A DNA stretch of 64,000 bases, from contig JAQGPJ010000034.1 of assembly GCA_028293125.1 (NCBI GenBank), positions 22,465-86,464 of the forward strand, written 5' to 3'. Made by a program: the position numbers and the translations under genes. Below, in pieces: positions 19,602 to 34,281 of the stretch (position 1 is the first letter of the stretch; the number at the start of each line of letters is the position of its first letter). The notes below the pieces were generated by a model. The model saw only the letters and a list, made by a program, of their open reading frames with translations. It had not been told where the DNA came from and searched no databases. The stretch is from Verrucomicrobiales bacterium. Lineage in GTDB: Bacteria; Verrucomicrobiota; Verrucomicrobiia; Verrucomicrobiales; V1-33.

Positions 19602-22600
19602 ATGAAAATCCGTTTTTCCGCCCCCGCCGCGCTGTGGATGGCCGCCACCGCCGCCTGGGCCGCCCCCACCATCGCCAATCTGCCGGCGAACAACTTCACA
19701 CCGGTCACCGCCAGCGCGGGAGTGCGGGTCACCGCCTACACAGGGGTGCCGCCGGCGGTGACACTTTACTACGGCCCTACGGACGGGGGTGCCGACACCG
19801 CGTCATGGGCGGGTTCCGTCAGCCTGGGCACGGTGCGGTTTTCAGCCACCGGCAACATGACCGGCCTTACGCCGGGCACCACTTATTTTTACCGCGCGTA
19901 TGCCACCCACTCCACCGGCAATGCCTGGGCGGAGGGGACCGGAACCTTCACCACGCCGGTTGTCTCCGCTCCGGTTGTGGTGACCCGTGAAGCCTCCGGC
20001 ATCGGACTCAATGCCGCCACCGTCAACTATGAGGTCACCTCCACGGGCGATGAGACGCCGGCGGTCACTCTCTATTACGGCCCCGCCGACGGCGGCACCA
20101 ACGCCGCCGCCTGGGCCGGAAAGGTTTCCGCCGGTGCCGTGGCCGGGCGCGGCACCGCCGCCCTGTCCGGTCTGACGGCCAACACCGTCTATTACTACCG
20201 CGCCCAGGCTTCGAATTCCGCCGGCAGCGTGTGGGCTCCTGGCAGCGCCAGTTTCACCACCGCCGGCGTCACGCCGCCGGCGGTGGACACCGTGGCCCCC
20301 ACCCATGTCCGCCCGACTACGGCCACGCTGAACGGGGAGGTCACCGCCGCCGGCAATGCCTCGCCGCAGACCACCTTTTACTGGGGCTCCACCGACGGCG
20401 GCACCGATGCCGCCACTTGGCAGCACACCGCCCCGGCAGGTGTCTCCAGCGGCGCTTTTTCCCGCGTGCTGACCGGGCTCACGCCGGGCAGTCCCTTGTT
20501 TTACCGCGCCTTTGCGCAGAACGCCGCCGGCGGTGTCTGGGCTCCCAAAAGCCAGGCTTTTGCCACCATGCAGGCCGAGGCTCCGCCCAGCGTGATCATC
20601 AACGAGGTCCACTATGACCCGCTGGATGCCACCAAAAGCCAGGAGTTCGTGGAGCTTTACAATCCCACCGCCGCCGATGTGGACCTCGCGGGCTGGAAAA
20701 TCACGGATGCCGTGGAGTTCACCTTTCCCCCCGGCACCGTGATTCCCGCCGGGGGATACTTCTGTGCGGTCCAAAGCCTGGCCGCCTGGCCGGCAGTGGT
20801 GAACAAGGCCGGGCCCTTCACCGGCAAGCTGAGCAACCAAGGTGAAATCATTGAGCTGCGCAATGCCGCCAACCAGCTGGTGAATGCGGTGGACTACGGG
20901 GCAGGCTTTCCGTGGCCGACCGCCTCCAACGGCCTCGGTCCCTCCATGGAACTGCTGCATCCCAATCTGGACAATGGGCTCGGAGGCTCCTGGCGGCGGT
21001 CCGTCACCAACGCCCCCACTCCGGGGGCCGCCAACTCCGTGCTGCTGACCAATGCCTCCCTGGCCCCGCCGGCCATCCGCGGTGTGAAACACGTCCCGGA
21101 AGCCCCTGTCTCCGGCGTGCCCGTCGCCGTCAGTGCCACCGTGACCGATCCCGACGGCGTGGGAAGTGTGGTCCTGCGCTATCAGATAGTGGATCCCGGA
21201 GCCTACATCCGGAGAACCGACGCCGCCTTCACCAACGCTGCCAACTGGACGGAGCTGCCCATGGTGGATGATGGCACCAGCGGGGATGCGACCGCCGGGG
21301 ATTCCATCTATACGGTGACCATCCCCGCGGAGGTGCAGACCCACCGCCGTCTCGTGCGTTACCAGATTACCATCACCGACGCCACCGGCACCCCTCCGGA
21401 GGTGCCGGGGAATTCCGTGCGCGTGCCCTACGCCGATGATGAGCAGCCGAACTTCGCCTACTTCGTTTACAACGGCGTGCCCGCCTGGAGCGGTGCCATG
21501 CGGCCCGTGGCCTTCTCAGGGAATGCGGCCACGCCCATCCAGGAATATTCACCGGATGTCCTGAACTCCATCGAGCCTTGGCATCTCATCGCCAATGAGG
21601 CCAATATCATCAGCTGCCAGTACGGCGGTTCCGACGGGGTCAAATTTTTAGGCACACTGGTTTACCGGGGCAAGGTCTACGACCACATCACCTACAACGT
21701 GCGCGGCATTGGCTCCACCTATGTCAGCGGCAAAAACAAATGGGGGCTCAAATTCAACCGCGCCCGTGATTTCCAGGCTTATGACAACTGGGGGCGTCCC
21801 TATGCGGAAACTTGGAATTCCCTGGGGCTGAACGCCTGCGCCTCCCCATGGGCGTCCGTGCACCGGGGGGCCGCCGGCCTGGATGAGGCCGCGCCTTACC
21901 GGCTTTATGAACTGGCGGGCGTGCCGTCCCTGCGCACCAGCTACGTCCACTGGCGTGTCATCCGCCGCGGGGCGGAGGTCAATGACGCCACCAAAACCGT
22001 CACCGGCGATCCCATGGGGGCCAATATCCGGGGCCAGTATTCGGGGGATCTCTGGGGGCTCTATCTCGCCTTGGAGCCCACGGAGGGGAATTTCCTGGAT
22101 GAGCGGGGCTTGGAGGACGGGAATATTTACGCCATCGAGGGCGAGGCCGGCGATAAAAAGCACCAGGGCAGCACCCAGCCCGCCACCAGCGCCGACTGGA
22201 CCACCTTCAACAACGCCGTGAAAGCCACGGGAGCCAGCGCCCGGAACGAGCAGTGGTTCCGCGACAACATGGACCTGCCGGCGCTTTACACCTTTCTGGC
22301 TCTGAACCGTCTGACTGGAAACACGGATGTGCGGCCCGGGGACAACTACCGGTATTACCACCGCCCCTCGGACAACCGCTGGGTCATCATGCCCTACGAT
22401 CTCGACATGATGTTTATCCCCGCCCACCACTGGGGCGGAACCATGGACAACGTGGTGGTCGCTGGCCAGCCCAACAGTATCCGCGCCATCATGCGCTGGC
22501 CTGCCTTGGCTTTGGAATACCGGAACCGGTGCCGGGAGCTGCTCAGCCTTGTGGCTTCGGACGCGGCACCCGCCGGAGGGCAGTTCGGCCAGCTGATGAA

Positions 22601-24356
22601 TGAATATGCCCGCATGGTGAACCCCCCGGGCCAGCCACTCACCTGGGCGGACTTGGATGCCGCCCTGTGGAATCTCCACCCCCGATCCCAGGGCAGCGGT
22701 GCCAACTCGGGCCAGTCCAGCCACCGGGGCAACTTCTTCCGCGCTTCCTATCTGGACGGCGGCCGCGGCGGCCTCGCCGGCACTGTGGCCACCGGCACTT
22801 GGATTCGCTCCCTGCCGGATCCCGACAATGACAAGTTCAGTGATCACGAGGGTCTGACCCAGTGGTTCATCAACTTCTCCACCAATTCCTGGCCCGGCGG
22901 AGCCACCGACTGGGTGCGCAAGGCCACCAACAGCTCCGGCGGCGGCACGGACAATGACGTCAACCGCCAGAAGGGATACGGCTACAAATACCTGGAGTGG
23001 GAATCCATCTACGGCGGCTACGCCAATGCCAATGTGAACCCCGCCGCCACCCTGGCCGATTTGGCGTTTCCGCTGACGCCGGTCATCCTCAGCAGCGGGG
23101 CTCCCGGTTTCCCCGCCAACGATCTGCGCTTCACCAGCTCCGGCTTTGAGGATCCGCAGGGACCGGACACCGCCGCCGCCGTGCAGTGGCGTCTGGGCGA
23201 AATCTCCGCACCCGGCATTCCCGGTTATGATCCCGGCCAGCCCGCCATCTATGAAATTGAGGAGGTGTGGAACTCCGGGGAAATCGCCTTGGCTTCGCCG
23301 GTTCCCGCCGAAATCCGCGTCCCCGCCAGCGCTGTCCGCGGAGGCCGCACCTACCGCGCCCGCGTCCGCCATAAGGACAGCACCGGACGCTGGTCCTTCT
23401 GGTCCGCGCCTGTGCAGTTCATTGCCGGCAGTGTGAACACGGATGCCCTGGCCAGCGCCCTGCGCATCACGGAGATTAATTACAACCCCGCCGCCCCCAC
23501 GGCGGCGGAAACCGCCAATGCGGGCTGGAATCCCCTGTGGAATGCCCAGCAGTTCGAATTCATCGAGCTGACCAACATCAGCCCTCAGGCGGTCGATTTG
23601 ACGGATGTGAGGTTCACCAAGGGCATCGATTACGATTTCCCCTCCGGCTTCCAGCTTGCCGCCGGAGCCCGCGTGGTGGTCTGCAAGAATCGCGATGCCT
23701 TCGCCATCCGATACGGCGGCGCAGTGCCAGTGGCTCCCGGCTCCTACGATCCGGACAGTCTCAGCAACAGCGGCGAGGAGCTCAAGCTCAGCTACGGTGC
23801 CGGCACCGCTATTTTTGAATTCGCTTACGGCACGCAGACTCCCTGGCCCTCCAGTGCCGATGGCGGCGGAGCCAGCCTGGTGCTCATCCAGCCCGAAAAA
23901 CCCCGACTGGATCACGGAGACGCCTTTGAATGGCGCGCCAGTCGGACAGCCTATGGCTCGCCGGGCGGCGACGACCGCACCTCCTGGGTGGAATGGGCCG
24001 CGGGGTATCCCGGCATTGGCGGCATGACGGCGGATGATGACCGGGACGGCTTGGTCAATCTGATGGAGTTCACCCTTGGCACCCACCCGCTTCAGCCCTC
24101 CTACAATGCCCTGCCCTCCGCCGGTCTGGACAACGGCCTGCCGGTCTTCACCAGCACTTACAATCCCTGGGCCTCCGGTGCGCTGCGGACGATGGAGTTC
24201 TCGTACGATCTCAGCAACTGGGCCGGCTCCGGACCGCCCATCAGCCGCGTCGTCAACGCCGACGGCACGTTCACGGACACTTGGCGCTCGCCCTCGCCTG
24301 CCGGATCCTCCGCTCCCGCCCGCCATTTCGCGCGGCTGAAGGTGACGGCTTTCTGA
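19602..24356 (+). CDS. Large secreted CotH-kinase / lamin-tail-domain protein with three N-terminal FN3-like repeats
   Basis: Signal peptide; 3x (VTLYYG.TDGG...W...GLT..T.YYYRA.A.N..G..WA) repeats; LTD motifs VIINEVHY/EFVELYN and LRITEINYNP/EFIELTN; CotH motifs NVRG, DNYRYY, PYDLD; C-terminal DDDRDG.NLMEFTLG.P tail. Confidence 0.85.
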   Translation: MKIRFSAPAALWMAATAAWAAPTIANLPANNFTPVTASAGVRVTAYTGVPPAVTLYYGPTDGGADTASWAGSVSLGTVRFSATGNMTGLTPGTTYFYRAYATHSTGNAWAEGTGTFTTPVVSAPVVVTREASGIGLNAATVNYEVTSTGDETPAVTLYYGPADGGTNAAAWAGKVSAGAVAGRGTAALSGLTANTVYYYRAQASNSAGSVWAPGSASFTTAGVTPPAVDTVAPTHVRPTTATLNGEVTAAGNASPQTTFYWGSTDGGTDAATWQHTAPAGVSSGAFSRVLTGLTPGSPLFYRAFAQNAAGGVWAPKSQAFATMQAEAPPSVIINEVHYDPLDATKSQEFVELYNPTAADVDLAGWKITDAVEFTFPPGTVIPAGGYFCAVQSLAAWPAVVNKAGPFTGKLSNQGEIIELRNAANQLVNAVDYGAGFPWPTASNGLGPSMELLHPNLDNGLGGSWRRSVTNAPTPGAANSVLLTNASLAPPAIRGVKHVPEAPVSGVPVAVSATVTDPDGVGSVVLRYQIVDPGAYIRRTDAAFTNAANWTELPMVDDGTSGDATAGDSIYTVTIPAEVQTHRRLVRYQITITDATGTPPEVPGNSVRVPYADDEQPNFAYFVYNGVPAWSGAMRPVAFSGNAATPIQEYSPDVLNSIEPWHLIANEANIISCQYGGSDGVKFLGTLVYRGKVYDHITYNVRGIGSTYVSGKNKWGLKFNRARDFQAYDNWGRPYAETWNSLGLNACASPWASVHRGAAGLDEAAPYRLYELAGVPSLRTSYVHWRVIRRGAEVNDATKTVTGDPMGANIRGQYSGDLWGLYLALEPTEGNFLDERGLEDGNIYAIEGEAGDKKHQGSTQPATSADWTTFNNAVKATGASARNEQWFRDNMDLPALYTFLALNRLTGNTDVRPGDNYRYYHRPSDNRWVIMPYDLDMMFIPAHHWGGTMDNVVVAGQPNSIRAIMRWPALALEYRNRCRELLSLVASDAAPAGGQFGQLMNEYARMVNPPGQPLTWADLDAALWNLHPRSQGSGANSGQSSHRGNFFRASYLDGGRGGLAGTVATGTWIRSLPDPDNDKFSDHEGLTQWFINFSTNSWPGGATDWVRKATNSSGGGTDNDVNRQKGYGYKYLEWESIYGGYANANVNPAATLADLAFPLTPVILSSGAPGFPANDLRFTSSGFEDPQGPDTAAAVQWRLGEISAPGIPGYDPGQPAIYEIEEVWNSGEIALASPVPAEIRVPASAVRGGRTYRARVRHKDSTGRWSFWSAPVQFIAGSVNTDALASALRITEINYNPAAPTAAETANAGWNPLWNAQQFEFIELTNISPQAVDLTDVRFTKGIDYDFPSGFQLAAGARVVVCKNRDAFAIRYGGAVPVAPGSYDPDSLSNSGEELKLSYGAGTAIFEFAYGTQTPWPSSADGGGASLVLIQPEKPRLDHGDAFEWRASRTAYGSPGGDDRTSWVEWAAGYPGIGGMTADDDRDGLVNLMEFTLGTHPLQPSYNALPSAGLDNGLPVFTSTYNPWASGALRTMEFSYDLSNWAGSGPPISRVVNADGTFTDTWRSPSPAGSSAPARHFARLKVTAF

Positions 24357-24481
24357 GGTCAAGGTAACGCCAGGATGATACGGGATATGACGCTGACACC
24401 GCCTAGGTTGGGAAACCATCAGCCGACGACTGCGCGCCGATTGGCAAACCAGTAATCCAGTCAGCCCCACACAGCTTGAGC

Positions 24482-24808
24482 ATGACCAGCACCATGAAAA
24501 CTTTATCGGCACTTATCATTCAACAGAACCTGAGCCCTGCCGGACAGCCAATATCATCCGATGGGTGGCGGTTGATGGACCAGATCCGCACTGAAGGGTG
24601 CATAGTCCTTGTAAAACTGGATGGGGAGAGAACCAAGGATTGCTGGACCGTGGTGATCGAGGGCGGCCCCCTTGGTAAGTGCTTTTTTCACAAAGATGGA
24701 GATGACCCGGAAGCTATGATCCGGGAAGGAGTTAATTTTTACGACAGCCTGATCTGGAGTGCTGGAGGAGGCCAAAAGCCTGCGGCTCCCGAATCGCCAC
24801 ATGCCTGA
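24482..24808 (+). CDS. Hypothetical protein (possible orphan immunity-type protein)
   Basis: Compact alpha/beta ORF with VLVKLDGER...WTVVIEGGPLG..FF..DG in an AT-richer stretch; start uncertain. Confidence 0.5.
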   Translation: MTSTMKTLSALIIQQNLSPAGQPISSDGWRLMDQIRTEGCIVLVKLDGERTKDCWTVVIEGGPLGKCFFHKDGDDPEAMIREGVNFYDSLIWSAGGGQKPAAPESPHA

Positions 24809-24950
24809 ACTCTTTGGCATAAGTTTTACACCAGCGATTTTCCAACCCCTCGTCGCAGTGGTCCGGTGCTGGAACTCCGGAGGCGTGGTCACAACGGAGG
24901 GGCTGAAATCATGGGTTGATAAAGTTGGGGATTTTGACAGTTTTCAGGGT

Positions 24951-25220
24951 ATGACCCGGCTCACCATCGAGATCGAAGCTGAACAGCATCGGCAGATTAA
25001 AACTCTGGCGACTTTTGCCGGCATGACGATCAAGGAATTCATCCTTTCCAAGACTCTGGCTCCTTCGGATAACCGCTCCCTGCGGACACAGGACACGACC
25101 GCCCGTTTATTAGGATCGCCTAAGAACGCCAAACGGCTTCGTGAGGCCATCGCCGCCAAAACCCCGGAGCATCTGGTGTTCGAAACCGCCGAGGATTTGA
25201 AGCGTGCGCTTGGAATTTAG
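24951..25220 (+). CDS. Antitoxin with ParD-like RHH N-terminus and YefM-like C-terminus
   Basis: MTRLTIEIEAEQHRQIKTLATFAGMTIKEFIL followed by TTARLLGSPKNAKRLREAI; overlaps the toxin start. Confidence 0.8.
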   Translation: MTRLTIEIEAEQHRQIKTLATFAGMTIKEFILSKTLAPSDNRSLRTQDTTARLLGSPKNAKRLREAIAAKTPEHLVFETAEDLKRALGI

Positions 25221-25464
25221 AGAGCGGGCCTTTGAGGATCTGCAGTATTGGGTTCAAATGAATCCCAAACTGGCCAGGCGGCTACTGCGGTTGATTGAGG
25301 TGGCCAAGCGGGATCCGTTTGGCGGAGCTGGGAAACCAGAGCCATTGCGGGGTGAACTTTCCGGATGGTGGTCCAAGCGGATTGATCAGGAGCACAGGCT
25401 GATCTATCGGGTGGACGGAGACAGTCTGATCGTGGCTCAAGCGAAAGGACATTACGATGACTGA
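25204..25464 (+). CDS. yoeB: Txe/YoeB family mRNA interferase toxin
   Basis: AFEDLQYW, RDPFGGAGKPEPL, GWWSKRIDQEHRLIY, KGHY. Confidence 0.93.
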   Translation: MRLEFRERAFEDLQYWVQMNPKLARRLLRLIEVAKRDPFGGAGKPEPLRGELSGWWSKRIDQEHRLIYRVDGDSLIVAQAKGHYDD

Positions 25465-25551
25465 TATGAGTCATGTTTTCGGAGGGATCAGCCACTTTCG
25501 GCTATGACGCAGCGCTTGAAATTCCCCGCATAATTGGTATTTTTTTCTCTC

Positions 25552-25809
25552 ATGAAGACCGCGAACGTAGCTGATTTGAGAAACAACTTCGCCGTGATCG
25601 CCGCGTGGATCGCCGATGGTGAAACCGTGTCGATTCAGAAACGCGGCAAACCTTTCGCCAAGCTGGTTCCCGCGAACGAGGGCGTGGAGCGGCCTATGCC
25701 GAAGATCGATTTTGCCGGGCGTTTGCGGAAAATATGGGGAGACCGGGTGTTTTCGGATATGGAAGTGGCGGCCATGCGGGCTGCTGAGCTGGAAGGGGAG
25801 GAAGGCTGA
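25552..25809 (+). CDS. Phd/YefM-fold antitoxin
   Basis: MKTANVADLRNNF...GETVSIQKRGKPFAKLVP; TGATG overlap with the PIN gene. Confidence 0.88.
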   Translation: MKTANVADLRNNFAVIAAWIADGETVSIQKRGKPFAKLVPANEGVERPMPKIDFAGRLRKIWGDRVFSDMEVAAMRAAELEGEEG

Positions 25810-26258
25810 TGGTTTTCCCGGACACATCATTCCTCTGTGGTCTCTATGTCCCACAGAGCACTTCAGCCCGGGCCATCGCCTTTATGAGCCGCCAGCCGAC
25901 GGCTCTGGAGGTGTCCTCGCTGCTGTTTTACGAGTTTCGGCAATCCGTGCAGTTTCAGGTCTTCCGTTACTCAAAGGACCACACCCAAGGCTATTCCCTA
26001 GCTGTGGCACAGTCCGCTCTGGCTGCATTGCAATCGGACGTAAAGGCGGGGGCTTTGCATTTGGCGGCTGTTGATTGGGCGGACGTGCATCAGCATGCCG
26101 AGCGCCTGAGCCTGCAGCATACCCGCAGTGGCGGACATCGCACGGTGGATATTCTGCATGTGGCGACTGCCCTGCATCTGGGAGCCACGGAGTTCCTGAC
26201 GTTTGACTCCAATCAGAAGAAACTCGCCAAAGCAGAAGGGCTGTCAGTGCCAGTATGA
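25809..26258 (+). CDS. vapC: VapC/PIN-domain toxin
   Basis: FPDTSFL, YEF, RTVDILHVATA, FLTFD. Confidence 0.9.
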   Translation: MVFPDTSFLCGLYVPQSTSARAIAFMSRQPTALEVSSLLFYEFRQSVQFQVFRYSKDHTQGYSLAVAQSALAALQSDVKAGALHLAAVDWADVHQHAERLSLQHTRSGGHRTVDILHVATALHLGATEFLTFDSNQKKLAKAEGLSVPV

Positions 26259-26437
26259 TGGAAACGATGCCACGACTGTGATGGCCGCGACTCTTCCTGC
26301 CGGACTTCGGTTGACTTACGACCAGGCCGGCGGAGACATGTTTGCGGCATGACCGCGAAAGTGCCTCCACTCCTGCAGCAAAAGAGCGAAGCTTGAATCC
26401 TATGGAGCTTCCCGCCCGCCGGCCCGGTCGGATCTGT

Positions 26438-27088
26438 TCAGGGCACTTCAGGCTCCAGCAGCTTGGTCAGGTGCGCCAGTTGGGCTTCCGGCTCACTGCC
26501 GTCCGCCTGAACGAGCGGCAGAAAATGGATCCTGACCACTGAAAAAGGCTTGGGAATAAACAACCGGTCCCACGACTTCAGCCGCCATGCTTTGGCATAC
26601 TCAATCCGGACGGGAAGGATGGGTGCCCGGCTTACACGGGAGATTTGGACAATTCCGGGATGCATCCGGTACACCGGGCCACGCGGGCCATCAGGCGTGA
26701 TGCCCACATAGTGGTGCTGCCGCAGCAGGCGGCAGCATTCCATCAGCGCCCGGCCGCCCCGCTTTGATGAGGAGCCTCGCACCGCGCCCAGTCCGAACTG
26801 CCGCATCAGCGCCGCCAGCATGGCACCGTCCCGGCTGGCGCTGGTCAGCACCGTGGCCTTTTGGAATTTCCGGATATAACGGGTATAAATCCATGGCACC
26901 ACCAGCATGCGGTTGTGCCAGAACATCCAGATCGCCCCCCCATCCAGCTTCCTGCCCAGCACCCCGGCCTCATCCGTCATCCTCAGCCGCAGCGTTGCCG
27001 CCAGCAGGCGGATCAGATTGCCGGCCAGCCAGCCGGCCATTCTGGCCTTGAGAGTGGTGTCCGGTTGGGTTTCAGCGGGTTTCAGCAT
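26438..27088 (-). CDS. DUF374 / lysophospholipid acyltransferase-family protein
   Basis: FWHNR, SASRDG, VRGSSSKRG, ITPDGPRGP, SWDRLFIPKPFS. Confidence 0.88.
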   Translation of the reverse strand: MLKPAETQPDTTLKARMAGWLAGNLIRLLAATLRLRMTDEAGVLGRKLDGGAIWMFWHNRMLVVPWIYTRYIRKFQKATVLTSASRDGAMLAALMRQFGLGAVRGSSSKRGGRALMECCRLLRQHHYVGITPDGPRGPVYRMHPGIVQISRVSRAPILPVRIEYAKAWRLKSWDRLFIPKPFSVVRIHFLPLVQADGSEPEAQLAHLTKLLEPEVP

Positions 27089-27301
27089 AGGAAGGACCGG
27101 TTATCCCGGCGGGATGGACAAAAGCTCCGGCAGCCTTGGACGCATTGGACAGCCACGGCCATTCCGATGCGGAAAGAGTTGCGGGTTTCAGGCCGGATCC
27201 GTGGTTATGGAGAAAAGGCCATCCTGCAACCGTCATCGGCGTGGAATGGCAGCCAAGGCCCGGCATCCATCCGGGAAGCCGGCACCGGGCATGTTTGCAG
27301 G

Positions 27302-28801
27302 CTAGAGCCAGCCTTCGGATTTCAGGGAGCGTGTCAACCCCATCTGCCGCTCCAGCTGGGCGGCATAAAGGTCCGCCAGAGCGGGATTGGGCAAGGCGCG
27401 GGTGGTTTCATCCAGCGACACGAGACGCGCGGTGATGTCCGCCAGGGTCAGCTGCTGTCCCGCCTCACTCACCGCCACATACGCCGCCTGCAGGGCCGCG
27501 CCCAGTCCGGCTCCCTCCGCCGTGGCCAGGCTGACCACCGGCACGCCGAACACATCCGCCACCACCTGACGCCAGCCCGCACTGCGGCTGCCGCCGCCGG
27601 TCAGGCGGATTTCGGTGGGCACCACGCCGAGATCCCTGAACCGCTTCAGGCCGTAGGCCAGTCCGGTGGTCACGCCCTCCACCGCGGCGCGGGCCAGATG
27701 CGCCGAAGTGAAGTTGTCCGTGCGCAGGCCGTGCAGCACCCCGCAGCCATTGGGCAGGTTGGGCGTGCGCTCGCCGTTGAGATAGGGCAGGAAGGTCAGG
27801 CCGTCCGCCCCCGGAGGCGCGGCCATGAGCTTGGCCTCCAAAGCGGTATGGTCGAATCCGAACAGACCGCGCACAGCCTCCGTCAGCACGGTCACATTCA
27901 TGGTGCACACCAGTGGCATCCACCGGTCCGCACTGTCGCAGAAGGCCGCCACCTCCCCCTGGGGGTCGGTCACCGGCTGGTCCGCGCAGGCGAACAGAGT
28001 GCCGGAAGTGCCCAGCGACACCGTGACCACACCCGGCTCCACATTGCCCGTGCCGATGGCCCCCATCATATTGTCGCCGCCCCCCGCGCTGACCACGATG
28101 CCCTCCGGCAGTCCCCAGCGCACCCGCAATTCCTCCCGCAGGGTGCCATGCTTCTCCAGTGACGAACCCAGCGGTGGCAGCATGGCATGCAGGCCGGGAT
28201 CGATGAAATCCACCAGCCCGCGGTGCCACTCCCGCGTGCGCACATTCAGCAGGCCGGTGCCTGAGGCATCACCGAACTCCATGCGTTTCACACCTGTCAG
28301 GTGGAAGTTCAAATAGTCGTGCGGCAGCAGCACACTAACGGTGCGGGCGAAGTTCTCCGGCTCATGGCGCTTCAGCCACAGGATTTTGGGAGCCGTGAAT
28401 CCCGGCGGGATCGCGTTGCCCGCCTCCGCAATCAGACCTTCGGCACCGCCGAAAGCCGCCGCGATCAGTCCGCACTCCTCCGCCGTGGAGGTGTCGCACC
28501 ACAGTTTGGCCGCCCTCACCGGCTGGTCCCGCGCATCCAGCGCCACCAGCCCGTGCTGCTGACCACTCACCCCGATGCCCCGGATTTCACTGCGGCGGGA
28601 GCCCAGCTGCTGCAGACAGGATTCAATGGTCTGGTCCACCGCCGCCGCCCAAGTCCGGGCATCCTGCTCCATATGCCCGGGCGGCAATCCCGGCAGGCAT
28701 TCGTATTTCTCCGAGGCATGGGCCACAATGGAGCCGGTTTCATAGTCCAGCACCACGGCCTTGGTGCTCTGCGTGCCGCTGTCGAGTCCGATGAAAAGCA
28801 T
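27302..28801 (-). CDS. xylB: Xylulokinase
   Basis: IGLDSGTQSTK, SGQQHG, LWCD, FTAPKILWL, DASGTG, GGGDN, LPYLNGERTP, GGGSRS. Confidence 0.93.
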   Translation of the reverse strand: MLFIGLDSGTQSTKAVVLDYETGSIVAHASEKYECLPGLPPGHMEQDARTWAAAVDQTIESCLQQLGSRRSEIRGIGVSGQQHGLVALDARDQPVRAAKLWCDTSTAEECGLIAAAFGGAEGLIAEAGNAIPPGFTAPKILWLKRHEPENFARTVSVLLPHDYLNFHLTGVKRMEFGDASGTGLLNVRTREWHRGLVDFIDPGLHAMLPPLGSSLEKHGTLREELRVRWGLPEGIVVSAGGGDNMMGAIGTGNVEPGVVTVSLGTSGTLFACADQPVTDPQGEVAAFCDSADRWMPLVCTMNVTVLTEAVRGLFGFDHTALEAKLMAAPPGADGLTFLPYLNGERTPNLPNGCGVLHGLRTDNFTSAHLARAAVEGVTTGLAYGLKRFRDLGVVPTEIRLTGGGSRSAGWRQVVADVFGVPVVSLATAEGAGLGAALQAAYVAVSEAGQQLTLADITARLVSLDETTRALPNPALADLYAAQLERQMGLTRSLKSEGWL

Positions 28802-29027
28802 GGGAATAATAAAGGAAAGGATAAGGTGGGTCGGGGGTGACCGGATGAAAACCGTTGCGCCCCGAAGCGTCAATCGCTCATGGAATTTTACCAGAATGGC
28901 TTGGTCCTGCGGACAGGCAGCAGGCCGTGTTTTTGTTCAGCCTGATTTATTCCGGACGTATCAACATATCAGGATGCCTTGATATAATCCCCTTGAAGCC
29001 CTGCCTCCGCTTTTTAAGCTGCCCCCT

Positions 29028-34157
<5,130 letters not shown>

Positions 34158-34281
34158 GCGGCCGGTTCATTTCAAGGCCTTCCGGTTGTTAATTCCGGAT
34201 GGCCCTGGTTTTGCAGGCACTCCTGCGCGCTGATTTTATAACGTCGAAACGGATTTCAGACCCATCGTAATGACGCGTTTA

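Noticed and set aside
21648-24512. 954-aa minus-strand ORF
   Set aside because: Antisense shadow of the CotH/LTD gene.
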